Shown here: positions 9,192-18,462 of the stretch, piece by piece
Numbering within the stretch: position 1 is the first letter of the stretch
How the letters are laid out: each line of letters starts with the position of its first letter
DNA from: Myxococcota bacterium
GTDB taxonomy: Bacteria > Myxococcota_A > UBA796 > GCA-2862545
Reading direction: 5' to 3'
NCBI GenBank assembly: GCA_039208735.1
Contig: JBCCQY010000071.1
Coordinates: 1-42,084, forward strand
DNA: 42,084 nucleotides
Notes under the pieces: model-generated
The model's input: only the letters and a program-made list of their open reading frames with translations
Told to the model about the DNA's origin: nothing
Databases searched by the model: none
Translations under genes and position numbers: made by a program

Positions 9192-9973
9192 TACCTGCGC
9201 GACGGTTTGGTTCCTATTCCTCTGCGACGATCGAGTAGTCGGGTCGTGGCGCCGGTCGTCGTGAGGTGATGGCTCACGAGCTCCTCGCCCTGCTCCAGGC
9301 TGAAGCAGCCAAGTGGCGAGGCTAGCATTCGGGCGCCCTCGAGGGTCGTCACACGCTCGACGGTGGCCGTGTGACCGAGGGCCTCGAGATCTGCCACGAC
9401 CCGGTGAGCCCAGTGCAGGTTGAAGGGGCACTGATCGGTGTAGCGGGCGACGAAGGTGTTGTCAGCAACATTGCCGTTGGGCACGGCGTCGGTGAACCGC
9501 GGGTCGGGGCCGTCGGGCTGGCACCGATAGGCAAACAGCCGGAACTCTCCGCGCTCATCGACGACCTCGAACCCGAGATGCTTGAGGAAGCGCGGGTTGG
9601 CGAGGAACGGGCGCTTGCGCTTCGCGGCCGCTACCACAACACCGGTCCGCCCCTGCGCACGGGCATCCTCGATGCAGCTCTCGACCAGCGCACGACCATA
9701 GCCTTGCTTGGTGTAGCTCCCTGAGACCCACAGGCAGTGGACGACCAACCAACCCGGGGCATCGATAGGCCGCCAGGCGACCTCGGCCGGCGCGTACTCG
9801 ATGAACACCTTACCGCGGACATCGAGCTTGCGGAACACAAGGCCCTCCGCAAGACGCTCGCGAAGCCACGCCTTCTTGGCCGCAACGCCAGCCTCGTGCT
9901 TCTTGTCGCCGAGGGCGCAGCACAGGTGGTGAGAATCGAGGTCGTCGGCAGCGAGCTGGATGAACTGGGACAC
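9191..9973 (-). CDS. GNAT acetyltransferase with YoaP-like C-terminal domain
   Basis: HLCCA, GKVFIEYAPAEVAWRPI, HCLWVSGSYTKQGYGRAL (acetyl-CoA motif A), YTDQCPF; GGAGG RBS before GTG. Confidence 0.85.
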   Translation of the reverse strand: MSQFIQLAADDLDSHHLCCALGDKKHEAGVAAKKAWLRERLAEGLVFRKLDVRGKVFIEYAPAEVAWRPIDAPGWLVVHCLWVSGSYTKQGYGRALVESCIEDARAQGRTGVVVAAAKRKRPFLANPRFLKHLGFEVVDERGEFRLFAYRCQPDGPDPRFTDAVPNGNVADNTFVARYTDQCPFNLHWAHRVVADLEALGHTATVERVTTLEGARMLASPLGCFSLEQGEELVSHHLTTTGATTRLLDRRRGIGTKPSRR

Positions 9974-10097
9974 GACCGCCTCCCGCCTTCATCATGCCAG
10001 ATGTGGAGATGGAGCGCCGCGTGCTGGACTCAGGAGCGTCGCAGTTCGAGGCGTCGACCACGAAGGCATTCCTTCAGGCCATGGCCCAGCCCCTCGG

Positions 10098-10400
10098 ATG
10101 ACGGGCCCCACCCCAAGCCAAGCCCTGTGCCGCTTGCTCACGCAGGCATTCAGCGTGAACGAACTGAAGGCGTTTGTGGGCCTCGCTTCTGAAGAGGCCC
10201 GGCATGCCGTGAACTGGGATGGGTCTTGGGAAGCGGTGGCCTTTCGGGTCGTGGAAGCGCTCGAGAACCGAAACGGCCTGACCGTTGCGTGGTTTCAAGC
10301 CCTGGCCAAGGAACGACGCGGGCGCCATGAGGAGGTTGCGGCCGTGGCGAGCCTGTATGGCATTCCGAAGCTGGAGCGCACCGACTCCACGGACTCGTGA
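10098..10400 (+). CDS. Small helical protein resembling an effector-associated domain (EAD1-like)
   Basis: LCRLLTQAFSVNELKAF...VNWDGSWEAVAFRVVEALENRNGL...WFQALAKERRGRHEEV matches the EAD/death-like adaptor pattern by eye; ATG at 10098. Confidence 0.5.
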   Translation: MTGPTPSQALCRLLTQAFSVNELKAFVGLASEEARHAVNWDGSWEAVAFRVVEALENRNGLTVAWFQALAKERRGRHEEVAAVASLYGIPKLERTDSTDS

Positions 10401-10536
10401 TCGCCCGGGCGGCCCTCATCACGGTGCTCGGGGGATCGAGCGCCGCAAAGCCCGCGACCCTCGGAGACTACGACCCTGACTTTGCTTCTGCCTCTCGGTA
10501 ACCTGCGGTGACCGTCGCTCGGGACGTCTGGGAGGG

Positions 10537-11295
10537 ATGGACGTGGAATGGGAAGACTCGAAAGACGAAGAGCCGCTGGTGGGCGGCCGGCTGACCTTGG
10601 GGGTGGTCCGGGTCGGTGACACCGTGCGCAGGCCTCACAGTCCTGCATCGGAGTTCACAGAGAAGCTCCTTTCACTACTCGAAGAGCGAGGATTCCTAGG
10701 CGCACCCCGGTTCATGGGCCGCGACGAGCGTGGCCGTGACGTTCTGAACTTCATCCCCGGCACGGTTCCGGTGAAGTGGCGGCGGTTCGAAGACGAACAG
10801 GTTGGACAGGCAGGCAGCTTGTTGCGGCAGTTTCACGACGCGACGCGAGACAGCGTGCTGTGCGGGTCGGCGCCGGTGGTCTGTCACAACGATGCAGGCC
10901 CAAACAACGTCATCTTCCAGCATGAACGACCCATTGCCTTCATCGACTTCGACATGGCCGGGCCTGGCGAGCCCATCCTCGACATCGGGTACATGGCGTG
11001 GGCTTGGTGTGTGTCGTCGAAGCCCAAGCGGCAGCCCGTGACCCTCCAGGCTTCGCAGGTGAGGCTTCTTGCAGAGGCCTACGGACTGGGACGAGCCGAT
11101 TCGCGCGACCTACCCGACGCCATCATCGCACGGCAGCGTCGCAACATCACCTTCTGGAATGAACGGCGTGAACACTACGTAGAGGGGGAGTCGGTGTCGA
11201 GTCTGGCCAAGATCGACGAGGTGATTGCCTGGAGTCACGAGGAGGTGGCCTACACAATCGAGCATCGAGCCACGTTCGCGAGTGCGTTGTCCTGA
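10537..11295 (+). CDS. Aminoglycoside phosphotransferase (APH)-family kinase
   Basis: VRVGDTVRRP, GAPRFMGRDE, Brenner motif CHNDAGPNNVIF, FIDFD; GGAGGG RBS. Confidence 0.88.
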   Translation: MDVEWEDSKDEEPLVGGRLTLGVVRVGDTVRRPHSPASEFTEKLLSLLEERGFLGAPRFMGRDERGRDVLNFIPGTVPVKWRRFEDEQVGQAGSLLRQFHDATRDSVLCGSAPVVCHNDAGPNNVIFQHERPIAFIDFDMAGPGEPILDIGYMAWAWCVSSKPKRQPVTLQASQVRLLAEAYGLGRADSRDLPDAIIARQRRNITFWNERREHYVEGESVSSLAKIDEVIAWSHEEVAYTIEHRATFASALS

Positions 11296-12199
11296 CAACC
11301 TCTTCAAGACGTCACTTCCGACCTTCTGACCTTTCGGCGCGCAGGCCGGGCAGCGTGGCGCGACCCGAGATCGGAGGTGCTCGGACCAGGCCGGTTCGCG
11401 GAGGACCTGCGGGGTGCGCAACCCGGTCCTCACCATCGCCAGGTGGTGCCGAGCCGCAAACATGACCATCTGTGGGCGTCCGGACGGGTGGACCTTCGAG
11501 GTCGACGACGGGGGTGTTGGGATAGCGAGAGGGCCTAATGAGCGAACCTTGAGAATCGACCACCGCCGAACCGTCGGTTGCCCTTATGTTGCCCTGAGTC
11601 CTTATCCGAAGGGCAATAAGATATATTTCGGGCTGAAGTGGCGGCGGACTCCTGGAAACATCCTGGGCGGATCGAAGAGCAGTAGGCCCATAGGGAACAA
11701 CGAGTCGATCATGCGCCAAACGGCGATTGATCGAGTTCCCACCTTTTCGATCGGGGGCGAAGTCTCGAAATTGCACGAGAAGCTGGAGAAAGCGGGACCA
11801 TGGTCCTGAAATGGGAATCTGGGACGGCAAAGTGAAGGAACAACCATCCCGGTCGCTGCCGCAAACAACGTCTCATCAAACCCCCTCCTTTGACGGGACG
11901 TCTCGGCTGTTTGGCGCCAAATCTCAGCAATGTTCCATCTGGGCCATCTTGAAGGATGCTCCCGCGCGGAACCGATGCCGGGCGGTCTGTCCAGCCGTCG
12001 ACGGGTCACCCTCGATCGTAAAGCCGACGTCGAGGGGAGAAGAGAACCTGTCCAAGCTTCGAAATTCAAACCAGGCGGCCCACCGTTCAACCCCGCGGAT
12101 TGCCGTTTCCAATCCCATTGCTAACGAGCTGCCACACTTTCCAGTTTGACTTGGTCGAAAGCATCAAACCAAGACTTGCTCCGAAGACTAAGCGGCCAG

Positions 12200-15100
12200 T
12201 CAACCTTTGAGCAGCTTGGTTTCGCTTCGGAGGAATTTCGGGTTGTTGTCGATTGACAGCTTCTCACACAGACGCTGACGGACTTTGTAGGAGGACGGGA
12301 AAAGATAAAGGTGGTACCATACAAGGCGCCGAATGATGGTTGCGACAAGCGTGTTTCGGCGCTCGTCTTCGTACAGTCGAATCGCTTGCTCTGCGGGTGT
12401 CGACCGATTGTGATCGAGTTTGATCGACAGGTCGATCAGCCGGAAGGGCGTGCGACTCTCCCCAAGGCGCTCGACCTCTCGGTATACTGGAGAGAGTTCC
12501 TCGAGTCCAACTGATTGGGACACATGGCGGATGACTCCGAACGCCATGCGCTCGCAGAGCGCGAAGAGCACGGAGTTGGCCTCCATGGTGACTTGGTGCC
12601 TTCTGGATTCTGGGCGAAGCTTTGATACATACTCGATAATGGCCTTAAGGAAGTCTTCTCCATGGGATTCCATCACCGAGTAGAGGTAGTGCAGGACACG
12701 CAATCCCAGTCGATAGCAATGATCTGCGAGCTCCACCTTTCGTTTGCCATCCAAGGAGCCTGGGTAGTTTCGGAGAATCTGCCCGATGATCTGGATGGTC
12801 TTGAAAGCAGAATTGATCATCAGGATTGGCCGGATCTCTTCGTCGAAAGCGTCGGGGTCATCCTCCCACGGAGACGACTCCGAAACGGCCTCCGCTCGGT
12901 CGCGCTTCTCGAGTTCCTCGTTTCGGTTCTCCTCTACAGTCCGATCTCCGAGTGCGAGCGTCGGCGTCTCGGCAACCAACTCGTTCAAGTACTTGGTCTG
13001 GCGGTCAGTGTTCCATTCGGGCTGGTCTTCGAACAGACTGGCTGCCGCCTCAATCATCGTGTCGAGTACAAAGGGATCGCTCGATAGATGAGACAGAAAT
13101 AACATTATCGTGGCATTCGTTTCAAGATGAACCGAGCGCGCCAACTCAACAACTTCATCTCGGATGGCCGAATCGTGAAGATGCGACTTCAAAAACCGAG
13201 CAACAAAAAAGAACTCGATGTAGGGGTAGCCGAACGTAATGTGGTCCTCGCTGCGCCGTAGTAGACCTACACTGACCAGCTCCTCGACATAGCTGGGGTA
13301 GCTCGCCTTGATGAGCTGTCGGTCGCAATAGGCTCGATGCCATTCCGCGAGCGTATCGGCGTCGATGGAGTCCAATTCTTCAGTCCTGAAGAATCGAGCC
13401 AACTCGGTCAAGTAGTTGATGCGGGAGTCAATTTCGTGAGGTCGCTTCGCCACCTTGGACAGTGCTGTCACAATCAGCGTGTGATAGAGATACCCTTGGG
13501 AACCGGCCGAGGTGTCGTGATTTCGTCCCGCCTCAAGCTGCTGCAACAGGATGAGCACGAACAGCGGGTACGATGGGACAAGTCCCTTACCAATCAGGTT
13601 GGAGATGCTCTCTTCTGCCTTTATAGCCTCGCGTTGGAGCGCAGCTACGACTTGGGAATCCGAAAGGTCGCGTCCGAGGCTGTACCAACGAGCGACCACA
13701 TCGTGTCGGCGGCGATGTCCGAGTTGGAGGAGTTCTGCATGTGAGTAGTCAAAGATGGGATGCGTACTGGCCTTCTCCCCGGCCTGGGACAAGTATTCAA
13801 GCCGCACATCATTGGACGCCAGCAGAACGACGGTGCCGAAAAAGTCCTCGAGCGCATCGAGCATCCTCGCACGAGCAGGCTTGGTCAGACGGACTCGGTG
13901 GTAGTCGTCGATGACGATTCCCCGATACTTCGGAGCCAACGCCATGAATTTGTCGAGCCTGTCTTTCGAATACTGTGCAACGAAGAGCTTCCTGATGCCA
14001 CGCTTCATCTTCTCGATATTCTTCGGTGCGAACTCGGCACCAGATGCGAGGAGAGGCAGGACGTCCCTGGTACGTAGATCAGCAACCGTCCGTTTGGCGA
14101 GACTGGATTTTCCGCTTTTCTCCTCGCCAACGATGACGACACGACGGCGGCTCAGGATGTACCCGGGAAGATCGCCGATCAATTCTCCCTTCTTGCGTCC
14201 GGTGACGGGAAGATCCTGCAAATCCGGATACACGAAGAGGTCAGATAGACGCAGCCTGGCCACTCGGGGATGTGAGAATGTAGCCCCTGGGTCGTCGAGA
14301 TGCTTCTGGAAATCCTCATTGAACTCGTACAACCCTCCGAGTCGTCGCCGATTTCGAACGAAGGGCACCCAGTTCTCGCCGCCGGATGGCACGTATGCAC
14401 CATTCTCCAGTGAGAACGTCGTTACGCGCTGCTGCTTCTCACCCAGGTCCACAACGATGACGTTGAACGAGCTTGCCTTGCTCCCAGGACCTTCTTGAAG
14501 GACACCGCCTTCCACGTAGTCTACTCGATCACCAGTGGGATAAGTTCGAGTGAATGCTTCGCTGACGTGCTCGTGGCCAGTAACGATGACATCCGAGAAC
14601 TTCTCGATGTGCTTGCGAAGCTCCTTGCTGTTGTCTGGATCAAGCCAGCCGTAGGGATGGTGCATCAGCCACACCATCAAGTCCGGGGCATCCAACCCGT
14701 CGTTCTTGACACCGTCTGTGCACTTCGCCTTGATTAACTCCACGGGAGCCCTCATTTGCCCAGGACTTTCGCGGATTGAGCTCATCCACGCGGAATTGTA
14801 AGCGTGGAACACGATCTCTCGATCAAAGAGCACCAGTTGATGGACGCCGACAAGCCCATCTTTGCTGCACGTCCAGACGTCGTGTTCCTCCGCAAAGGAC
14901 TGGTAAGGAGCCTGTAGTTCTGTACAGGCCTTCACGATATCGGAGCTGGGGTCTACTGTCGCCGACTGAAGAAGCACATCTCGCACGTCGGTCGCCAAGC
15001 CGAAGTCGCAGTCGTGGTTCCCAGGGACACCGATTGTCGCCTTCAGGGTCACGCCGCGCTTTGCCAGACCATTGCGAAGCTGTCGCAACCAGTCTGCCGC

Positions 15101-15283
15101 AATTGTGTACTCCTCCGGCTTTCCGCTGAAGGCCACGTCTCCTGTGATGGTCAATACGACTGCGTCGCAACCGGAAACCTCGGAGTGAACTGCTCCCACG
15201 AGAACGTCGTTGAACTCGAGCAGCGGGTTGTCGCGGTCTGCGCGAAAGTGGATGTCGCTCAGATGAACCAAGGCAAGACGCAA
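12200..15283 (-). CDS. Calcineurin-like metallophosphoesterase fused to a STAND/NACHT-like NTPase and a helical C-terminal region
   Basis: Phosphoesterase motifs HLSDIH, TGD, VPGNHD, MHHP, GHEH; Walker A GEEKSGKS; Walker B IVIDD; FGYPYIEFFFVARFL WHD-like segment. TTG 15283 chosen for its GGAG RBS (the ORF is open to 15346). Confidence 0.85.
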   Translation of the reverse strand: MRLALVHLSDIHFRADRDNPLLEFNDVLVGAVHSEVSGCDAVVLTITGDVAFSGKPEEYTIAADWLRQLRNGLAKRGVTLKATIGVPGNHDCDFGLATDVRDVLLQSATVDPSSDIVKACTELQAPYQSFAEEHDVWTCSKDGLVGVHQLVLFDREIVFHAYNSAWMSSIRESPGQMRAPVELIKAKCTDGVKNDGLDAPDLMVWLMHHPYGWLDPDNSKELRKHIEKFSDVIVTGHEHVSEAFTRTYPTGDRVDYVEGGVLQEGPGSKASSFNVIVVDLGEKQQRVTTFSLENGAYVPSGGENWVPFVRNRRRLGGLYEFNEDFQKHLDDPGATFSHPRVARLRLSDLFVYPDLQDLPVTGRKKGELIGDLPGYILSRRRVVIVGEEKSGKSSLAKRTVADLRTRDVLPLLASGAEFAPKNIEKMKRGIRKLFVAQYSKDRLDKFMALAPKYRGIVIDDYHRVRLTKPARARMLDALEDFFGTVVLLASNDVRLEYLSQAGEKASTHPIFDYSHAELLQLGHRRRHDVVARWYSLGRDLSDSQVVAALQREAIKAEESISNLIGKGLVPSYPLFVLILLQQLEAGRNHDTSAGSQGYLYHTLIVTALSKVAKRPHEIDSRINYLTELARFFRTEELDSIDADTLAEWHRAYCDRQLIKASYPSYVEELVSVGLLRRSEDHITFGYPYIEFFFVARFLKSHLHDSAIRDEVVELARSVHLETNATIMLFLSHLSSDPFVLDTMIEAAASLFEDQPEWNTDRQTKYLNELVAETPTLALGDRTVEENRNEELEKRDRAEAVSESSPWEDDPDAFDEEIRPILMINSAFKTIQIIGQILRNYPGSLDGKRKVELADHCYRLGLRVLHYLYSVMESHGEDFLKAIIEYVSKLRPESRRHQVTMEANSVLFALCERMAFGVIRHVSQSVGLEELSPVYREVERLGESRTPFRLIDLSIKLDHNRSTPAEQAIRLYEDERRNTLVATIIRRLVWYHLYLFPSSYKVRQRLCEKLSIDNNPKFLRSETKLLKG

Positions 15284-15749
15284 AACAGGCTCCAACGATC
15301 GTGTCGGTGTTGGGAGGAAGGCTTGTTGCTGCGAACCGATCCGCAAGTAGGAAATGGCTATCGCGCCGTCGGTACTCTCGATATCAGCTATTCATAGCGT
15401 CCTTTAGGGTGAGCCATTGGAGGTCCTGGTGGACGGACGTGAACTGAGTGAACCGGATTTTGCTCTGAAGACTGGCTCCACAGAGCCCGCAGTGCATCCT
15501 GGTCCTTTCGCGCGGGGAGCCCGCCCACAGTGAACGCCAGGGCCTTGGTTAGGGCCTCGCGCTGGGTCGAGGGGCTATCCCCTGCCAAGCTCGGCATCAG
15601 GCCCCTTTCGTTCCACATACGAATCGAGCCACGCGATGATTTCGAGCGACTCGAACAGTGGCACGCCATCGATCATGAGGCACGGCACCTGGGTGCGACC
15701 GGTTCGCTCCCGAAGTTCTTGTCGAAACTCGGGTCGCATCGTGTCGCAT

Positions 15750-15870
15750 CCCCGAGGGCGGGCGTCCCGGAGGCGATCTCCTCGAGGTCCATCTGCAGGC
15801 TCGAGAGCGGCGTGCGCAAGTCGTGGGCGATGCCCGCGAGGTGGTCCTTCAGGGCCCCGCTGCGGGCCAC
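15750..15870 (-). pseudogene. Sensor histidine kinase HisKA remnant (boundaries approximate)
   Basis: LKDHLAGIAHDLRTPLSSLQMDLE H-box; no HATPase domain follows. Confidence 0.6.
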
Positions 15871-15932
15871 TGAAGTGAGCGCGCCACCCACGCGAACATC
15901 GTCGGGCCCTACCTCGTCGGCTTCTGACGGCT

Positions 15933-17189
15933 CTACAGCGGAACGCGGGTCAGGCTGTAGTTGAACTCGCCGGTCTGTCGATCCACGACGCTGGAGGGCT
16001 GCTCGACATCGAGGGGCCCGACCCACTGGTACGTGCTGATGTACAGGTTCTGGCGCCGGGTGAGGTAGTCCGCGTCACGGGTCGAAGGGGGAGGCGGCAG
16101 CGTGATCTCGCTCTGCCCCGCCGCTCCGATGACGGTCCAGAGGGTCCGATCGTTGTCGAGCCGGATGTTCATCACCAGGCTGCCGTCTTCGGGGAGAGCG
16201 GGATTCTGGATCGGCTGGTCCAGCGACGCGCTCCCTCCGCCCGGGGCCTGGAGCTGCGGCAGCGGCAGGAACGTTGAACGCGAGGCCCAGGTGTCGGGCG
16301 TGCCGGCCCGGTAGAGGTCGACGACGTCGTTCGGCACAGAACCCTCGTCCTGGACGAAGAGCCGGGTCATGAGGGTATCGGAGCCCTCGGGCGGCAGGTA
16401 GGCGATGTCGAACGTGGCCTGCGTGCCCTCGATGCTCCGGAACTCGGGCCAGCCGCACCACTGGGTGAAGTCGTCGTCCCGGACCATGACGCCGCCGCCC
16501 GGTACCCCGTCCGGCACACTCGGGACGTCGACGGTCACCGACACCCGGGTGGGTGTCTCGGGCTCGGTGAGGCCGAAGTCGAACGTCGTATCCGCGGTGA
16601 TGGCCGGGTGATCGAGGCGGTGCCAGTTGGTCGAGGGCGCCGTGACGCTCTGGGTCGTGCGGTCGGTCTCCTCCACCTCGAGCACCACGAGCGGAAAGGG
16701 CTCTCCGACCGGTGCATCCACCTGGTAGACGTCGTCCGCGCCTCCGCCGATGCCTCCGCCCGCGCCGTAGGTCCACATCAGCAGGCGGTGGTCCGGCGTG
16801 CGCCCCGTCACCGTGCCCGTCAGTTCGACCGACGGCGGGCCCGTCGGCGCCGCATCCGGGTCGAGGAACGGGAACCGGATCGGCTCGTCGGGCACGAGCC
16901 CGTCGAGCCGGGTGAAGATCGTGGCGAGCATCACGCCCTGGATCAGGGGATCGACCGTAACTGCGAACGGCCCGTTTGCCTCGTCGACACGCACATCCAA
17001 CAGCCCGTCGGACCCGGTCGTGCCCTCGGCTCGGGTGCCGAAAGCATCGTCGACGACGACGAACGCGCCGTCGAGCGCTTCGCCTTCGAAGCGGACATCG
17101 ACGGTCAACACGTCGGGAGGAAGCTCCTGCTCCGGCTCGGCGCAGCCGGCGCTGACCCCTACCGCGATCCACCACACCATTCGACCCAT
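15933..17189 (-). CDS. Secreted lipoprotein with beta-sandwich (carboxypeptidase-regulatory-like) domains
   Basis: GGGAG RBS, lipobox VSAGC, LDGAFVVV...GTTGSDG motif, beta-rich sequence. Confidence 0.7.
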   Translation of the reverse strand: MGRMVWWIAVGVSAGCAEPEQELPPDVLTVDVRFEGEALDGAFVVVDDAFGTRAEGTTGSDGLLDVRVDEANGPFAVTVDPLIQGVMLATIFTRLDGLVPDEPIRFPFLDPDAAPTGPPSVELTGTVTGRTPDHRLLMWTYGAGGGIGGGADDVYQVDAPVGEPFPLVVLEVEETDRTTQSVTAPSTNWHRLDHPAITADTTFDFGLTEPETPTRVSVTVDVPSVPDGVPGGGVMVRDDDFTQWCGWPEFRSIEGTQATFDIAYLPPEGSDTLMTRLFVQDEGSVPNDVVDLYRAGTPDTWASRSTFLPLPQLQAPGGGSASLDQPIQNPALPEDGSLVMNIRLDNDRTLWTVIGAAGQSEITLPPPPSTRDADYLTRRQNLYISTYQWVGPLDVEQPSSVVDRQTGEFNYSLTRVPL

Positions 17190-17940
17190 CGCACGCTCCC
17201 GTTTTGACGAGATGGTATCAAGCGGAGAACGAACCCACTGCGGCTTCGCAGCCTGTCGACTGCGCCGGGCGGCTCGAGAGGTGGCAGTCCGGCCCACCTT
17301 GCGCACCCGGGCGCCCGAGCGCGTCCGGCATCACCGAGACCCTCGTTCGCCAGGAGGAGCCGCTCGATCCGTCTGACATGCGGCACCGCGCGTTCGACGA
17401 GCTGCGGAAGCGGTGCGTCACTGAACCCGAGCTGGAAGAGCTGACGGAGGCGCTGTCGGGCGTGCTCGATGGCCACGATTCGAACGACATCGGCGCGTCG
17501 GAGCGACCGCTGGGGACAGCACTCCATGAACACATCCAGCACCCTGGGATCGGTCTCGTAGTAGCTCAGTCGGGCGAGCTCGTAGGGCCACCAGCTGGCC
17601 CGGGCCTCGTCCCAGTGGATGAGAACCCACGAATCGTCTTGGAGGATGACGTTCGCAGGCAGAGGATCGCCGTGGACGACGATCGGCCTGGGGGAGATTC
17701 GATCGCCGCGAAGAGCTCGAGCGCGCGACTGGCGACCCGTTCCAGCCACCCCTCTCGAACAACACCGACCTGCTCGAGCTCCTCGATGCGGCAGTCGCGC
17801 TCCAGCACCCCTGGGAACGAATCTGCGACCGAGTCGAGGAGACCTTCGATTCGCTGTCGGGCATCTCGGAATCGAAGGCCTTCGCCCAGGTCCCCGAAGT
17901 AGGACATCGACAACGCGTGGACCGGCTTCAGAGCTTCCAC
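17159..17940 (-). pseudogene. Frameshifted APH/choline-kinase-family phosphotransferase (boundaries approximate)
   Basis: The N-part (ORF 17566..17940) shifts at the G5 run 17690-17694 into PIVVHGDPLPANVILQDDSWVLIHWDEA. The metal-binding D appears replaced by H and the N-lobe is missing. Confidence 0.65.
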
Positions 17941-17994
17941 GACGCTGGGTACCCAGGCCTCGGGAGGGCATCCCCTTCTGCTTCAAACACCGAA

Positions 17995-18216
17995 ATGGTC
18001 GGAGTGATGCCGGGTGTTCACCTGGGTGACCTGGACGACGATGGCTACGACGACTTCTTCGTCCGGGACTCGGGCGACCTCGTGATCACCCACGGAGCTC
18101 CGGGCAATGCCTTTACCCAAGGCACCCTGACTTACCCAGAGACAACCACCCAAGTCGTTGGGTTGGCTGACATGGACGGAGACACCCTCGGGGGCTACTC
18201 GTCGCAGAACGAGTGA
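17995..18216 (+). pseudogene. FG-GAP/VCBS repeat protein fragment
   Basis: GDLDDDGYDDFFV and LADMDGD calcium-blade motifs in a short orphan frame. Confidence 0.55.
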
Positions 18217-18462
18217 CATGTCTTTCACGACACCCGAGTCGATGATTTCAAAACACGACGCGACTGTCGGGTGTTGGAGTGATGGGAAGGCCTGTCGAGC
18301 TAACCTTGACAATCAGCTACATCAGAGCCGCCGAGGGCGGTGCGGCAGCACGAACTCGACCGTCGAGGGCCGCTCGACGGGCGCAGGCGTCTTCACGGCT
18401 TCGGACAGCAACTCGAACATCGTTTGGTCGACTTCGCGGCGCGGCTGGGCCGAGCATGAGGT

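Noticed and set aside
596..10400. Linking the vWA-MoxR operon with the EAD-like gene as a VMAP ternary conflict system
   Set aside because: The MoxR is of the YehL/DUF5682 type, no VMAP or fused peptidase effector is visible, and cysEK plus mobile remnants separate the loci.
11414..11809. 131-aa ORF (and antisense 11312-11830)
   Set aside because: No recognisable motif and composition shifts midway; probably a junction of remnants, so no product call is supported.
18230..18274. Imperfect hairpin ACACCCGAGTCG...CGACTGTCGGGTGT (terminator or attC?)
   Set aside because: No U-tract, no attC R-box pair, single copy and no integrase.
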